Of a stretch of 64,000 nucleotides of DNA, positions 17,029 to 27,016 are shown one piece after another; positions within the stretch are counted from its first letter, which is position 1; every line of letters starts with the position of its first letter. The notes beneath the pieces were generated by a model. The model searched no databases. It saw only the letters and a program-made list of their open reading frames with translations, and was not told the origin of the DNA. Made by a program: the position numbers and the translations under genes. Origin of the DNA: Candidatus Lustribacter sp. (GTDB lineage: Bacteria; Vulcanimicrobiota; Vulcanimicrobiia; Vulcanimicrobiales; Vulcanimicrobiaceae); assembly GCA_965277805.1 (NCBI GenBank), contig OZ255842.1, positions 2,976,001 through 3,040,000 on the forward strand. The letters run 5' to 3'.

Positions 17029-17733
17029 CCCACGGTAACCACTGTCCAGAAAGACGTCCTCATTCTCGGAGCTTCGCGCGGGCTCGGCCTGGCAATCGCG
17101 GAGAACTATCTCGAGCGTGGAGCGCACGTCGTCGCTACCGAGCGCGCCGGATCGCACTCGAAGCTGCACGACCTCCTCACGCATTCGGAAGGACGGCTCG
17201 AAATCGAGACCGTCGACGTTACCGTGCCGGAGCAAGTGACGGCGTTGCGCACGCGCCTGCAAGGCCGCACCTTCGACCTCGTCTTCGTGAACGCCGGCGT
17301 CAAAAACGACGATCGCGAGACGATTGCGGACGTCTCGACCGAAGAGTTCGTCCGCGTCATGGTAACCAATGCGTTGAGCCCGTTACGCGTAATTGAGACC
17401 TTCCAGGATCTCGTGCGTCCCAATGGGACGATCGGTGTGATGACGTCGGGTCAAGGGAGCGTGTCCAATAATACCAACGGCGGCTATGAAGTGTATCGCG
17501 CGAGCAAAGCCGCGTTGAACACGCTGATGCGCAGTTTTGCCGCCCGTCATGCCGGCGACGGGCGCACGCTGCTCCTGATGGCGCCGGGCTGGGTGAAAAC
17601 CGATATGGGCGGGGCGGAAGCGACGTTCACCGTCGATGAGAGCATTCCGAAGCTCGTCAGCACGATCGACGCGCAGCACGGAAAGCCGGGGCTGCAGTAT
17701 CTCGACTATCAGGGACGTACGGTTCCGTGGTGA
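17020..17733 (+). CDS. SDR oxidoreductase (CsgA/C-factor-like)
   Basis: GASRGLG, NAG, YRASK and PGWVKTDMGG motifs. Confidence 0.92.
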   Translation: MTTPTVTTVQKDVLILGASRGLGLAIAENYLERGAHVVATERAGSHSKLHDLLTHSEGRLEIETVDVTVPEQVTALRTRLQGRTFDLVFVNAGVKNDDRETIADVSTEEFVRVMVTNALSPLRVIETFQDLVRPNGTIGVMTSGQGSVSNNTNGGYEVYRASKAALNTLMRSFAARHAGDGRTLLLMAPGWVKTDMGGAEATFTVDESIPKLVSTIDAQHGKPGLQYLDYQGRTVPW

Positions 17734-17738
17734 TAACA

Positions 17739-18290
17739 TTATGGGATCATTGCGGCTAGTTCGGCGGCCATAGTGGTGATGTCGGCGACGAACGGGGCTA
17801 GGGCTTCTTCGATCGCGATGAACTTTTTCTCGCTGTCGAGTTGGGTGACGTTGGTGTTTAGGGCCGGGTTCGTGGTGGTGTTGCGCATGTGGAGGCCCTG
17901 CAGCACGGTTTGCATCTGAGCCGCGGCACGGCCGCCGCCTTTCGTACCGTAGGTGACGAGCGCCGCCGGCTTGTTCGCCCATTCGGCGTATAAGAAGTCG
18001 AGCGCGTTCTTCAATACGGCCGGGTAACCCCAGTTGTACTGGGGGAACACGAACACGAACGCATCGTAGGAAGCGACGAGGCGGCTCCAGCGCTTCGTGT
18101 GTTCGTGCACGTAAACGCCGCGGGCTGCGAGTTCCGGTTCGTCGAGGAACGGCAGCGCGATTTCGCGCAGGTCCACGATCTCGAACGTCAGCGCGCTATC
18201 GCGTTGTGCGTTCTCGCGCACCCATTCGGCGATCTCGGGACAAATGCGCTGCGGGCGGTTGCTGCCGACCACGACGGCGACGCGAGGCAT
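17739..18290 (-). CDS. NADPH-dependent FMN reductase
   Basis: GSNRPQR and PQYNWGYPAVLKNALD motifs. ATG 18290, alternative TTG 18299. Confidence 0.9.
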   Translation of the reverse strand: MPRVAVVVGSNRPQRICPEIAEWVRENAQRDSALTFEIVDLREIALPFLDEPELAARGVYVHEHTKRWSRLVASYDAFVFVFPQYNWGYPAVLKNALDFLYAEWANKPAALVTYGTKGGGRAAAQMQTVLQGLHMRNTTTNPALNTNVTQLDSEKKFIAIEEALAPFVADITTMAAELAAMIP

Positions 18291-18302
18291 ACGATCCAAT
18301 CG

Positions 18303-18587
18303 CTAGCCGGCGAGCCCGTCGATCGTTTGCGCGAGGGCGAAGTCGCGGTCGGTCAGACCCTTGGCGTCGTGCGAGGAGAGGCGCACGGTGACGCTGTTCC
18401 ACGAGATCGCGATGTCGGGGTGATGGTCGGCGGCGTTGGCGGCACCAGCGACCGCGTTGACGAACGCGATCGACCCGTTGAAGTTGCCGCGATCGAACAC
18501 GCGCACGATCTCCTCGCCTTCGCGCTTCCAGCCCGGCAGCGCGGCGAGTTTGCGCACGATGGCATCTTCAGGTAAGGGCTGCGGCAT
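18303..18587 (-). CDS. Pterin-4a-carbinolamine dehydratase
   Basis: DHHPDI, SHDAKGLTDRDF; GGAGG RBS before ATG 18587. Confidence 0.9.
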   Translation of the reverse strand: MPQPLPEDAIVRKLAALPGWKREGEEIVRVFDRGNFNGSIAFVNAVAGAANAADHHPDIAISWNSVTVRLSSHDAKGLTDRDFALAQTIDGLAG

Positions 18588-19866
18588 GAGCGACCTCCAG
18601 GAGCCCGCGCGATTCGAGGGCTTCGAACGACTCGCCGATCGCGGCGACGGTCTCGTCGATGTCGGCATCGCTGTGTTCGGTGCAGAGGAACATGACCTCG
18701 TTTTGCGAGGGCGGCAAAAGGATGCCGCGTTCGCGCATCTCGTGATAGTAGGCCGCATACGTGGTCCGGTTTGCCGCCCGCGCGTCGTCGTAGTTGCGGT
18801 TCGGGCCGCCGCGGCGAAACTTGAAGTCGACGATGCTTTCGAGCTGCGTGACGGCGATGTCGCAGCCGCGCTCGCCGACCACGGCACGAATGCCGTTCGC
18901 GAGGCGCTGTGCGCGGCGGTCCATGGCCGAGTACGCGTCGGGATGCTGTTCGAGCCGGTCGAGCACGCGCAGCCCCAGCGCGACGGCGAAAGGATTGCCG
19001 GCGTGCGTTCCGCCGGTGAAGCACGGTCCATCGGGCGCCAGCACCGCCATCACGTCGGCGCGGCCGCCGAACGCCGCGATCGGAAAGCCGCCGCCGAGGA
19101 TCTTGCCGATCGTCGTGAGATCCGGAACGATTCCGTTGCGTCCTTGCGCGCCGCCGAGACCCAGCCGCAGCCACGTGATCACCTCATCGAAGATCAGCAG
19201 CGCCTTGTGCTCGCGCGCGCGCCTCTGCAAGCCTTCCAGAAAGCCGGCGTCGGGAACGACCAGACCCATGTTGCCGACCACCGGTTCGACCACGATCGCC
19301 GCGAGACGATCGCCGCAACGCGCGAGGTGCGCGTCGACGTCGTCGAGATCGTTGTAGCGCGCGACGGCGAGATCGTGCGTGACGGCGCGCGGGATCCCCG
19401 ACCGTTGCGGCGTGTCGGTGTGCGCCGAGGCCCCGGCGTCTTGGAGCGCGAGATCGAAGTGGCCGTGGTAATTTCCGGCAAACTTTAAGATCACATCGCG
19501 CCCGGTGAACGCGCGCGCGACCCGGATCGCGCTTTGCACGGCTTCGCTGCCGGTCGTCGTGAAACGCAGCCGTTCCATCGACGGCAGATGGCCGCGGATG
19601 CGCTCGGCCAGCAGCAGCTCGTCCGGATGCGTCGAGCCGGTAACGGCTCCGCGCTGCGCGATGACGTCGAGGCCGGTCGAAAGCGCCGGATGGCCGTGCC
19701 CGAACAAGAGCGGGCCGTACGCCATCACGTAGTCGATCGTCCTCGTTCCGGCGGCGTCGTAACTGTACGCCCCCGCGCCGCGCACCGCAACGTACGGCGC
19801 GCCGCCGACGGCCCAGCCCGTGCGGACCGGCGAACTCGCACCGCCGGCCAGAGCCGGGGCTGTCAC
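18568..19866 (-). CDS. hemL: Glutamate-1-semialdehyde 2,1-aminomutase-like class III aminotransferase
   Basis: SSPVR, YGPLLFGH, YHGH, EPVVGNMG, LIFDEV, GKILGGGFP and PSQNE motifs. Confidence 0.7.
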   Translation of the reverse strand: MTAPALAGGASSPVRTGWAVGGAPYVAVRGAGAYSYDAAGTRTIDYVMAYGPLLFGHGHPALSTGLDVIAQRGAVTGSTHPDELLLAERIRGHLPSMERLRFTTTGSEAVQSAIRVARAFTGRDVILKFAGNYHGHFDLALQDAGASAHTDTPQRSGIPRAVTHDLAVARYNDLDDVDAHLARCGDRLAAIVVEPVVGNMGLVVPDAGFLEGLQRRAREHKALLIFDEVITWLRLGLGGAQGRNGIVPDLTTIGKILGGGFPIAAFGGRADVMAVLAPDGPCFTGGTHAGNPFAVALGLRVLDRLEQHPDAYSAMDRRAQRLANGIRAVVGERGCDIAVTQLESIVDFKFRRGGPNRNYDDARAANRTTYAAYYHEMRERGILLPPSQNEVMFLCTEHSDADIDETVAAIGESFEALESRGLLEVAHAAALT

Positions 19867-21044
19867 TTCACGTGGCCGCCGCGTTTGCTGACGTCGTTGA
19901 ACGTGTCTTTGGCCGGATCGTAGCGCACCATCACGACGCCGTTTTCACCGATACCGTGTTGCGTGCCGTCGCGGAAGTCATAGATGCCGTTGATCCCGGC
20001 GAATCCGTGCAGCGCGTTGATGTACTCGCGAAATTGCGCCGCGGTCGCGTTGTTGCCGAGGTGGCGATACGCATCGATGATGATCATCGCGGGATCCCAT
20101 GACAGCGTGTTCGGGAAGTTCGGGATTAAGTTGGCTTCTTTGAAGGCGCTGTAGAATACGTCGATCGCATCTTTCACCGGGCCCTTGGACAAACCGCCGC
20201 GACCGAACGCCAGCACCGCGCTGAACAGCAGTTCTTTGGGCATGAAGCCCTTATAGCCGTTGAGTTGCTCGACGATCATGTCGCCGTTGCTCGCATAGAC
20301 CGGGACGTCGAGCCCGGAGTCGACGATGCCGTGGAGTTCCGTACCGAAGCCCGAACCGACCGAGAACGTCAAGAGCGCCTGCGGATTGGCCGCCTTGATG
20401 CGCGACATTTGCGCACCGATGCTGACGTCGGTGAGGCCGAAGTGTTCCTGCGCAACGAAATCGACGTCGCGGTTCTCCGGCAGCGTCTTCGCGTGCGCCC
20501 AATCCCGGTCGGCTTCTTGGCCCGTTGCATCGGTCGACGATAGGATCGCCAAACGCTTGAAACCCCGTTCGCGCAAGTAACGCACGGCAACGTCGTTGAG
20601 ATCCTTGGCGCTGATGCTCGTCGACCAGATGTAGCCGCCGGCCGGCGGATTGATCGCGGGGCTCAGGCAGTAGTCGGCGGGACCGTTCGCTTGAAAGAGC
20701 GGCGCGACGGCCAGACACTGCTGCGTGAGCGTCGGCCCGATGACGATCGGGGCCTTCGAGGCGATAACTTGGTTCGCGAGCTGGACGACGGTCTGCGGAT
20801 TCGTTCCATCATCCAGATATTCGAAATGCAAGGGACGGTGGTTGATCCCGCCGTGCTGGTTGACGAGCTTCTCGATGAGCACGAGCGACTGCTGATCGCT
20901 CTTGCCGATGAACGAGGCGGCACCGGTAAGGGAGATGAGGACCGGGATGACCACCGGCGCCTGCGCCTGCGCGCGCAGCGGCACGGGCAGCGTTGCCAGC
21001 AGAACGGCTGCAGCCGCGAGCGAGATCACGGAACGGATACGCAC
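19863..21044 (-). CDS. Branched-chain amino acid-type ABC substrate-binding protein
   Basis: SLTGAASFIG and NQHGGINHRP motifs; GGAGG RBS. Confidence 0.85.
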   Translation of the reverse strand: MRIRSVISLAAAAVLLATLPVPLRAQAQAPVVIPVLISLTGAASFIGKSDQQSLVLIEKLVNQHGGINHRPLHFEYLDDGTNPQTVVQLANQVIASKAPIVIGPTLTQQCLAVAPLFQANGPADYCLSPAINPPAGGYIWSTSISAKDLNDVAVRYLRERGFKRLAILSSTDATGQEADRDWAHAKTLPENRDVDFVAQEHFGLTDVSIGAQMSRIKAANPQALLTFSVGSGFGTELHGIVDSGLDVPVYASNGDMIVEQLNGYKGFMPKELLFSAVLAFGRGGLSKGPVKDAIDVFYSAFKEANLIPNFPNTLSWDPAMIIIDAYRHLGNNATAAQFREYINALHGFAGINGIYDFRDGTQHGIGENGVVMVRYDPAKDTFNDVSKRGGHVK

Positions 21045-21072
21045 GGATACCTCCAGCTTCAGAGTTCGACGG

Positions 21073-22248
21073 TTAGACGCGCTCGAAAATCGTCGCTATC
21101 CCTTGACCGACCCCGATACACATCGTCGCGAGGGCGTATCGTCCCTTGCGGCGGCGCAATTCATGCAGCACCGTTCCGGCGAGCCGCGCGCCGCTGCACC
21201 CGAGCGGGTGCCCGAGCGCGATCGCGCCGCCGTTGACGTTGGTCTTGGCCGGGTCCATCTTCAGATCGCGCATGCACGCGATGCTCTGCGACGCAAACGC
21301 CTCGTTGATCTCGTAGAGGTCGATGTCGCCGATCGTGAGACCAGCCCGCGCGAGCGCCTTTTGCGTCGCCGGAATCGGCCCCAGGCCCATGTACGCCGGA
21401 TCGACGCCGGCCACGGCCGAGGTCACCACGCGCCCCAGCGGCTCCCAACCGTTCTTCGCCGCCACATCGGCCGAACACAACAGCAGTGCCGCCGCGCCGT
21501 CGTTGATACCCGACGAATTACCGGCCGTCACGGTGCCCGTTTTCTTGAAGGCCGGCTTGAGCTTCGCGAGATCTTCGATCGTCGTTTGCGGACGCGGATG
21601 TTCGTCGGCGGCGAGCTGCGGCAATACGACGATCTCCGCCGCGAACGCGCCGCGCTCGACCGCCGACTTCGTTTTCTGCTGCGAGGCCAGCGCAAACGCG
21701 TCTTGCTCTTCGCGCGTGATCTTATATTGATCGGCGACGTTCTCGGCCGTCTCGCCCATCGAAACCGTGTACTCCACCGGCATGTTGGGGTTGACCATGC
21801 GCCACCCGAGCGTGGTGTCGAACATCTTGGGCGAGCGGTCGTAGACCTTGTCGGCCTTCGGCATCACGTACGGCGCGCGGGTCATCGATTCGACGCCGCC
21901 GGCGATCATGATGTCGCCGCAGCCGCTCGCGATCGCCTGTGCCGCCGAGTTGACGGCTTGCAAACCGCTCGCGCACAAGCGAGTGACCGTGGTCCCGGGA
22001 ACCGTGATCGGCAACCCCGCCAAGAGCGAGGCCATACGGGCGACGTTGCGGTTGTCTTCGCCGGCTTGATTCGCCGCGCCCCAGAACACGTCGTCGATGC
22101 GGTCGGGGTCGACCTTCGTGCGCGCGACGAGTTCGCGAATCGTGAACGCGGCGAGGTCGTCGGCGCGGACCGTGGCCAGCGCGCCGCCCCAGCGACCGAT
22201 CGGGGTTCGTAACGCGTCGACGACGACGACTTCACGCAATTCTGCCAT
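21073..22248 (-). CDS. Thiolase (PcaF/PaaJ-like)
   Basis: NQAGEDNRNVARM, RLCASG, NEAFA, GHPLG and CIGVGQG motifs. Confidence 0.92.
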   Translation of the reverse strand: MAELREVVVVDALRTPIGRWGGALATVRADDLAAFTIRELVARTKVDPDRIDDVFWGAANQAGEDNRNVARMASLLAGLPITVPGTTVTRLCASGLQAVNSAAQAIASGCGDIMIAGGVESMTRAPYVMPKADKVYDRSPKMFDTTLGWRMVNPNMPVEYTVSMGETAENVADQYKITREEQDAFALASQQKTKSAVERGAFAAEIVVLPQLAADEHPRPQTTIEDLAKLKPAFKKTGTVTAGNSSGINDGAAALLLCSADVAAKNGWEPLGRVVTSAVAGVDPAYMGLGPIPATQKALARAGLTIGDIDLYEINEAFASQSIACMRDLKMDPAKTNVNGGAIALGHPLGCSGARLAGTVLHELRRRKGRYALATMCIGVGQGIATIFERV

Positions 22249-22256
22249 GCTGGATG

Positions 22257-23099
22257 CTACAACCCTAAAACGCGCTCGGCGTTGCCGTGAAAGATGCCTT
22301 CCATGACCTCATCCTTGTAGCCGAGTTCGGTCCACTCGCGCAGGATGCGCTCGTACGGCAGACTTGGGTAATCGCTGCCGAACATCACCTTGTCTTTGAG
22401 GCGCGCGCGAATGTCGACTTTGAGCTGCGCCGGAAAATACTTGGGCGCCCAGCCGGAGAGTTCCCAATAGACGTTGCCCTTGTGCAACGCCACCGCCGTC
22501 ATTTCGTCGACCCACGGATACCCGGGATGCGCGGCCAAAATGGTGAGGTTCGGAAAATCAGCGGCCAGCTCGTCGATCGCGGCGGGATGTGCGTGCCGGA
22601 TTTTCGCGCCCATGCCGCCCGGCATGCCGGCGCCCATGCCGGTGGTGCCGACGTCGATCATCACCGGCACCTTGAGCGCATCGATCGTCTCGAAGAGCGG
22701 ATAGAGCGCGCGATCGTTGACCGCATAGTGGCCCATGATCGGATGGAAGTGGAAGCCGAGCATGCCGAGGTCTTCGATCGCGTGTTTGGCTTCGCGAATC
22801 GCCTCCTCGCCCTTGAACGGATCGACCGACGCCCAGGCTTGGATGATCCGTTCGGGATGACGCTTTTGCATCGCCGACACGTAGTCGTTGGAACACGGCG
22901 GGGTGTGCACGGTCGTTTCCAAATCGAGCGCGACGAGCACCGACTCGACGCCGGCGTCGGTGAAATCTTGCACGACGGCCGCTTCGTCTTTGGCCACCCA
23001 GCCGCGGCCCCAGTACTTCGCGAGCGCATCGACGTAGGGTTGCTGACACGCAATCCACTCTTGGGTGTTGGGATAGGTGTGCAGGTCGATGATCCGCAC
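22257..23099 (-). CDS. Amidohydrolase_2 family protein (aryl beta-ketoacyl-CoA hydrolase-like)
   Basis: IDLHT, NVYWELSGWAPKYF and FGSDYP motifs. Confidence 0.8.
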   Translation of the reverse strand: MRIIDLHTYPNTQEWIACQQPYVDALAKYWGRGWVAKDEAAVVQDFTDAGVESVLVALDLETTVHTPPCSNDYVSAMQKRHPERIIQAWASVDPFKGEEAIREAKHAIEDLGMLGFHFHPIMGHYAVNDRALYPLFETIDALKVPVMIDVGTTGMGAGMPGGMGAKIRHAHPAAIDELAADFPNLTILAAHPGYPWVDEMTAVALHKGNVYWELSGWAPKYFPAQLKVDIRARLKDKVMFGSDYPSLPYERILREWTELGYKDEVMEGIFHGNAERVLGL

Positions 23100-23100
23100 G

Positions 23101-24744
23101 CTACCCCGCCGCAGCCATCTTCGCGGAAACCGTCGCGACCAGATCTTTCTTCGAGACTTTGCCGAACGTCGAGAGCGGGAAGTCGTCCATGATCTCCATA
23201 CGTTCGGGCAGCTTGTACTTAGCGATCTCTTTGCCGGCCAGGAACGTCTTGAGCTCGTCGAACGTCAGCGTTTGGTTGTCGCGCAAGATGATGCACGCGC
23301 ACATCCGCTCGCCCAGATCCTTATCGGGGACCGCGATACAGGCGACGTTTTTCACCGCCGGATGCGAGAGGATGAGATTCTCGATCTCCTCGGCGCTGAT
23401 CTTCTCGCCGCCGCGGTTGATCAGGTCTTTTTTGCGACCCTCGACCATATAGTTGCCCGACGGATGCTGTTTGAACAAGTCGCCGGAACGATAGAATCCG
23501 TCGGCCGTGAACTGGCGCGCATTATACTCGGGGACACCGTAGTAGCCGCGCAGCGTGTAGGGCCCGCGGCAGCACATCTCACCGACTTCGCCGGGTTTGA
23601 CGATGTTGTCGTCCTCGTCGAGAATCATCACTTCGTCGTCGGGGCAGACGGGCCGCCCGACCGTTTCGAGCCGCACGTCTTCGGGATCATCGCGCCGCAC
23701 GAACGTCAAAAGACCCTCGGACATGCCGAAGTTCTCTTGCACGAACGCGCTCGGGATGAGCTTGCGCGCGAGCAGCCGCACTTCGGGCTGCATCCGCTGG
23801 CCGCCGCTCTGAATCGTCGTGAGCGACGAGAGGTCGTGTTTCGTCACGGCCGGATCGTTGAGCAGCCGGATCAGCAGCGCCGGCACGACCTTGAGGTGCG
23901 TGACCTTATGGCGTTCGATCAGCGAGCACATGTCCTCGGGCTTCGTGCTGGCGCTGATCACGACGCGCGCGCCGTTGAGCATGTACCCCTGAATGCCCGG
24001 GCACGCGAGCGGCAGGTTGTGCGCGATCGGAAGAACGACGAGCAGCACGCCGTCCTGATCGACGCCGCACACTTGGGCCGCGACTTTCGAGTTGTACGCG
24101 TAGTCGTTGTGCGTGCGCGGAATGAGTTTCGGAATGCCCGTCGTTCCGCCGGAGAGTTGAAATACCGCCGGGTCGGTGGGATCGATGACGATCGATTCGA
24201 GTTCGTGCCGCGCGAGGGTGGCCGGCCGCTCGATCAGATCGACGAGCGAGGCCGAACCGGCCGGTGCCTCGCCGAGGACGATTGCGTGCTTCAAAGCCGG
24301 CGTCGCTGCTTGAATGCGCGCCACCATGGCGGTGTAGTCGAAGTCGCGCGACTTATCGGGCGTCACCACGGTCGTGGCGCCGGAGAGTTCCGCGAACTGG
24401 GTGATCTCAGCAAAACGGTGGGTGACGAGCGCGGCAATCGGGATCGCGCCGATCTTCTGCAGCGCGAAATACAAGATCACGAATTCGGCGACGTTCGGCA
24501 ATTGCACGACGACGCGGTCGAGCGGCTTCAGGCCCAACTCGAGCAAGTTCAGCGCGAGGTTGGTCGAGAGCCGGTTGATGTCGGCGTATTCGTAGGTGCG
24601 CTCGCCGTCGATCAGCGCAACGCGCTCCGCGAAGCGCGCAAACATCGCCCCGAACTCCTCGCGCAGCGCACGGTCTTCCCAATACCCGGCGGCGCGATAG
24701 CGCGCGGCGAACTCGGGCGGGAACTTAACGACCCCTTCTAACAT
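23101..24744 (-). CDS. EntE/DhbE-like aryl acid adenylation enzyme / aryl-CoA ligase
   Basis: ARYRAAGYW, QLSGGTTGIPKLIPRTHNDY, FGMSEGL, FYRSGD and KDLINRGGEKI motifs. Confidence 0.88.
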   Translation of the reverse strand: MLEGVVKFPPEFAARYRAAGYWEDRALREEFGAMFARFAERVALIDGERTYEYADINRLSTNLALNLLELGLKPLDRVVVQLPNVAEFVILYFALQKIGAIPIAALVTHRFAEITQFAELSGATTVVTPDKSRDFDYTAMVARIQAATPALKHAIVLGEAPAGSASLVDLIERPATLARHELESIVIDPTDPAVFQLSGGTTGIPKLIPRTHNDYAYNSKVAAQVCGVDQDGVLLVVLPIAHNLPLACPGIQGYMLNGARVVISASTKPEDMCSLIERHKVTHLKVVPALLIRLLNDPAVTKHDLSSLTTIQSGGQRMQPEVRLLARKLIPSAFVQENFGMSEGLLTFVRRDDPEDVRLETVGRPVCPDDEVMILDEDDNIVKPGEVGEMCCRGPYTLRGYYGVPEYNARQFTADGFYRSGDLFKQHPSGNYMVEGRKKDLINRGGEKISAEEIENLILSHPAVKNVACIAVPDKDLGERMCACIILRDNQTLTFDELKTFLAGKEIAKYKLPERMEIMDDFPLSTFGKVSKKDLVATVSAKMAAAG

Positions 24745-24754
24745 GCGGCGATCC

Positions 24755-25522
24755 TCACGTCGACGAGGCGAAGCCGCCGTCCACGACGACGATCTCCCCG
24801 TTGACCATTTTGTTGGAGACGAGCAGGTTTACGATGACTTCCGCAACGTCGTCGGCATCGATCACTCGTTTGAGCGGCGTGGCCTTCGCGCGGCGCGTCA
24901 TCAGATCGTCATAGCGATCGGCGAGCGTCCGCTGCATCCAGTCGCCCTCCATCCAGCCCGGCGCAACCGCGTTGACGCGGATCTCGGGCCCGAGGTTGAT
25001 GGCAAAAAGTTTCGTCAGGCTGACCACCGCGGCTTTGCTCGCGGCATATGGGAGCGGCTGCAGGCCCGGCCGCAGGCCGACGATGCTGGCCGTGTTCACG
25101 ATGCTGCCGCGCGCAGCTTTGAGCATCGGCACCGCGGCCCGCGTGACCTGAAACATGCCGCGCACGTTGACGGCGAACACGCGATCCCACTCTTCCGGCG
25201 TCATCGCGTCCATGTCTTTGGGACCGATCTCGCTCGTGATCCCGGCGTTGTTGACGAGCGCGTCGAGGCGTCCGAACGTCGATTCGACTGCGGCAAGCAT
25301 CGCCTTCACGCCCGGATCGTCGCTCACGTCGCACTTGAGGAGCAGCGTCTTCGCACCCTTGGCCTCGGCGAGGCGCACGGTCTCGAGCGCGCTCTTCTCG
25401 CTCGAACTGTAGTTGATGGCCACGTCAAAGCCATGGGCGGCCAGGGCGACGGCCGCGGCCCGGCCAATGCCGCTCGAGGCGCCCGTCACCAGCGCGATGG
25501 GTTTCGTATCGGTCGTGCTCAC
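24755..25522 (-). CDS. SDR oxidoreductase
   Basis: TGASSGIG, NNAG and YAASK motifs; GTG 25522 lies 9 nt after TACTAT. Confidence 0.9.
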   Translation of the reverse strand: MSTTDTKPIALVTGASSGIGRAAAVALAAHGFDVAINYSSSEKSALETVRLAEAKGAKTLLLKCDVSDDPGVKAMLAAVESTFGRLDALVNNAGITSEIGPKDMDAMTPEEWDRVFAVNVRGMFQVTRAAVPMLKAARGSIVNTASIVGLRPGLQPLPYAASKAAVVSLTKLFAINLGPEIRVNAVAPGWMEGDWMQRTLADRYDDLMTRRAKATPLKRVIDADDVAEVIVNLLVSNKMVNGEIVVVDGGFASST

Positions 25523-25531
25523 GTGAGCGAG

Positions 25532-25552
25532 ATAGTAACGCAAGGAAACTAT
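25532..25552. promoter_or_regulatory. Candidate operator ATAGT-N11-ACTAT overlapping the -10 of the SDR operon
   Basis: Inverted repeat in a divergent intergenic region; a MarR gene lies nearby. Confidence 0.4.
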
Positions 25553-25603
25553 TTCCTTCACGGGAAGCCCGTGACCACTCTCAGCACGGTATTAGGAGCA
25601 AGC

Positions 25604-26515
25604 ATGGGCTATAAAATCGTTACGTATGACGCCGGCAAAGGCTCGCGAGCCGGAATCGTCGCCGGCGACCGGTTGATCGATGCCGCCGAAGCGAGCGGCA
25701 ACGCCGCCTACGCAACGACGCTCGGCATCTTCGCCGACTGGGAGGCCGCCGAGGCGAAGCTGGCCGCGCTCGCCGCCGACACGAACACTAAAAGCACGGT
25801 GCTCGACTGGTCTCAGCTTCAAGCGCCCGTTCGGCCCGCCGCGATCTACTGCGCCGGTGCCAATTACAGCGACCACGTGACGGAGATGAATGCCGCGCAA
25901 GGCAAGGGTCCCGAGCCCGACCCTCACACGCTCGGCCTGAAGCCCTGGCACTTCATCAAGTCTGCGCATGCGATCGTCGGGCCCGGCGTCGCGGTCAAAA
26001 TTCCGCCCGAAACGCAAAAGATGGACTGGGAAGTCGAGCTGGGCGCGATCATCGGCAAGACGGCGAAGCGCGTCTCCGAAGCGGACGCGCTCAAGTACGT
26101 CGCGGGCTACACGGTCACCAACGACCTCTCCGCACGCGATCTCGGCTGGCGCCCGCCGGTGCCGAACACCTCGCCCTTCTACAGCGATTGGCTCGCGCAC
26201 AAGAGCTTCGACGGCTCGGCACCGATCGGTCCCTGGATCGTTCCCGCAAGCGAGATCGGCGATCCGCAGAACCTCGGTATCCGGCTATCCGTGAACGGCG
26301 TGGTCAAGCAAGACTCCAACACCAAGAACATGATCTACAACCTGGCCGAGCAGATCGCGCAACTCTCGCTGCGCATCACGCTGCACCCCGGCGACCTGAT
26401 CATGACCGGCACGCCCGCGGGCGTCGGCGCGGGCCGCAACGAGTTTCTCAAACCCGGCGACAGCCTCGAACTCTGGTGTGAAAAGGTCGGCACGCTCAAA
26501 CACACGATGGCATAG
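25604..26515 (+). CDS. Fumarylacetoacetate hydrolase family protein
   Basis: GANYSDH, DWEVEL, NDLSARD, KSFD and MTGTPAGVG motifs; AGGAG RBS. Confidence 0.92.
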   Translation: MGYKIVTYDAGKGSRAGIVAGDRLIDAAEASGNAAYATTLGIFADWEAAEAKLAALAADTNTKSTVLDWSQLQAPVRPAAIYCAGANYSDHVTEMNAAQGKGPEPDPHTLGLKPWHFIKSAHAIVGPGVAVKIPPETQKMDWEVELGAIIGKTAKRVSEADALKYVAGYTVTNDLSARDLGWRPPVPNTSPFYSDWLAHKSFDGSAPIGPWIVPASEIGDPQNLGIRLSVNGVVKQDSNTKNMIYNLAEQIAQLSLRITLHPGDLIMTGTPAGVGAGRNEFLKPGDSLELWCEKVGTLKHTMA

Positions 26516-27016
26516 ATGCCTGGGCGACACCGCCTGCGCACCCCGACCCTCGTAACGAAGCGGCCGAAGGCCTCGAACATCGATCGGGAGCGTCACGAGC
26601 ATCTTGGGTGGCTGCTCGGACGCGTCGATTTGCTGTTTGCCGAAGGGGTGACGCGCCGGATGCACGCGCGCGGCTTCGCCGGCATCCGGCTCGTGCACAT
26701 CGCGCTGATTCGCAACGTCGACGAGAACGGCACGCGCATCAGCGAAATCGCGCGCCGCGCCGGCATGACGAAACAAGCGACGGGGCAACTCGTCGCCGAG
26801 TTCGTCGACCTCGGTTTCATCCGGCTCGTCAACGATCCGAGCGACGGACGCGTGAAGATCGCACGCTACACTGCCAAAGGCCGGCGGCTGCTGATCGCAA
26901 TCGTCGGCTCGATCGAGGAGACCGAGACGGCGGTGGCCACAACGATCGGCGCTTCCAAACTCGCGACGCTCAAGAAGACGCTCGGGCTCGTCCTCGCGCA
27001 CGAGCACGACGGCTGA
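26516..27016 (+). CDS. MarR family regulator
   Basis: ISEIARRAGMTKQATGQLV and DPSDGRVK motifs. Confidence 0.85.
   Translation: MPGRHRLRTPTLVTKRPKASNIDRERHEHLGWLLGRVDLLFAEGVTRRMHARGFAGIRLVHIALIRNVDENGTRISEIARRAGMTKQATGQLVAEFVDLGFIRLVNDPSDGRVKIARYTAKGRRLLIAIVGSIEETETAVATTIGASKLATLKKTLGLVLAHEHDG

Noticed and set aside
23101-24744. Siderophore/NRPS biosynthetic cluster
   Set aside because: No carrier protein, condensation domain, isochorismate genes or siderophore receptor in the window.
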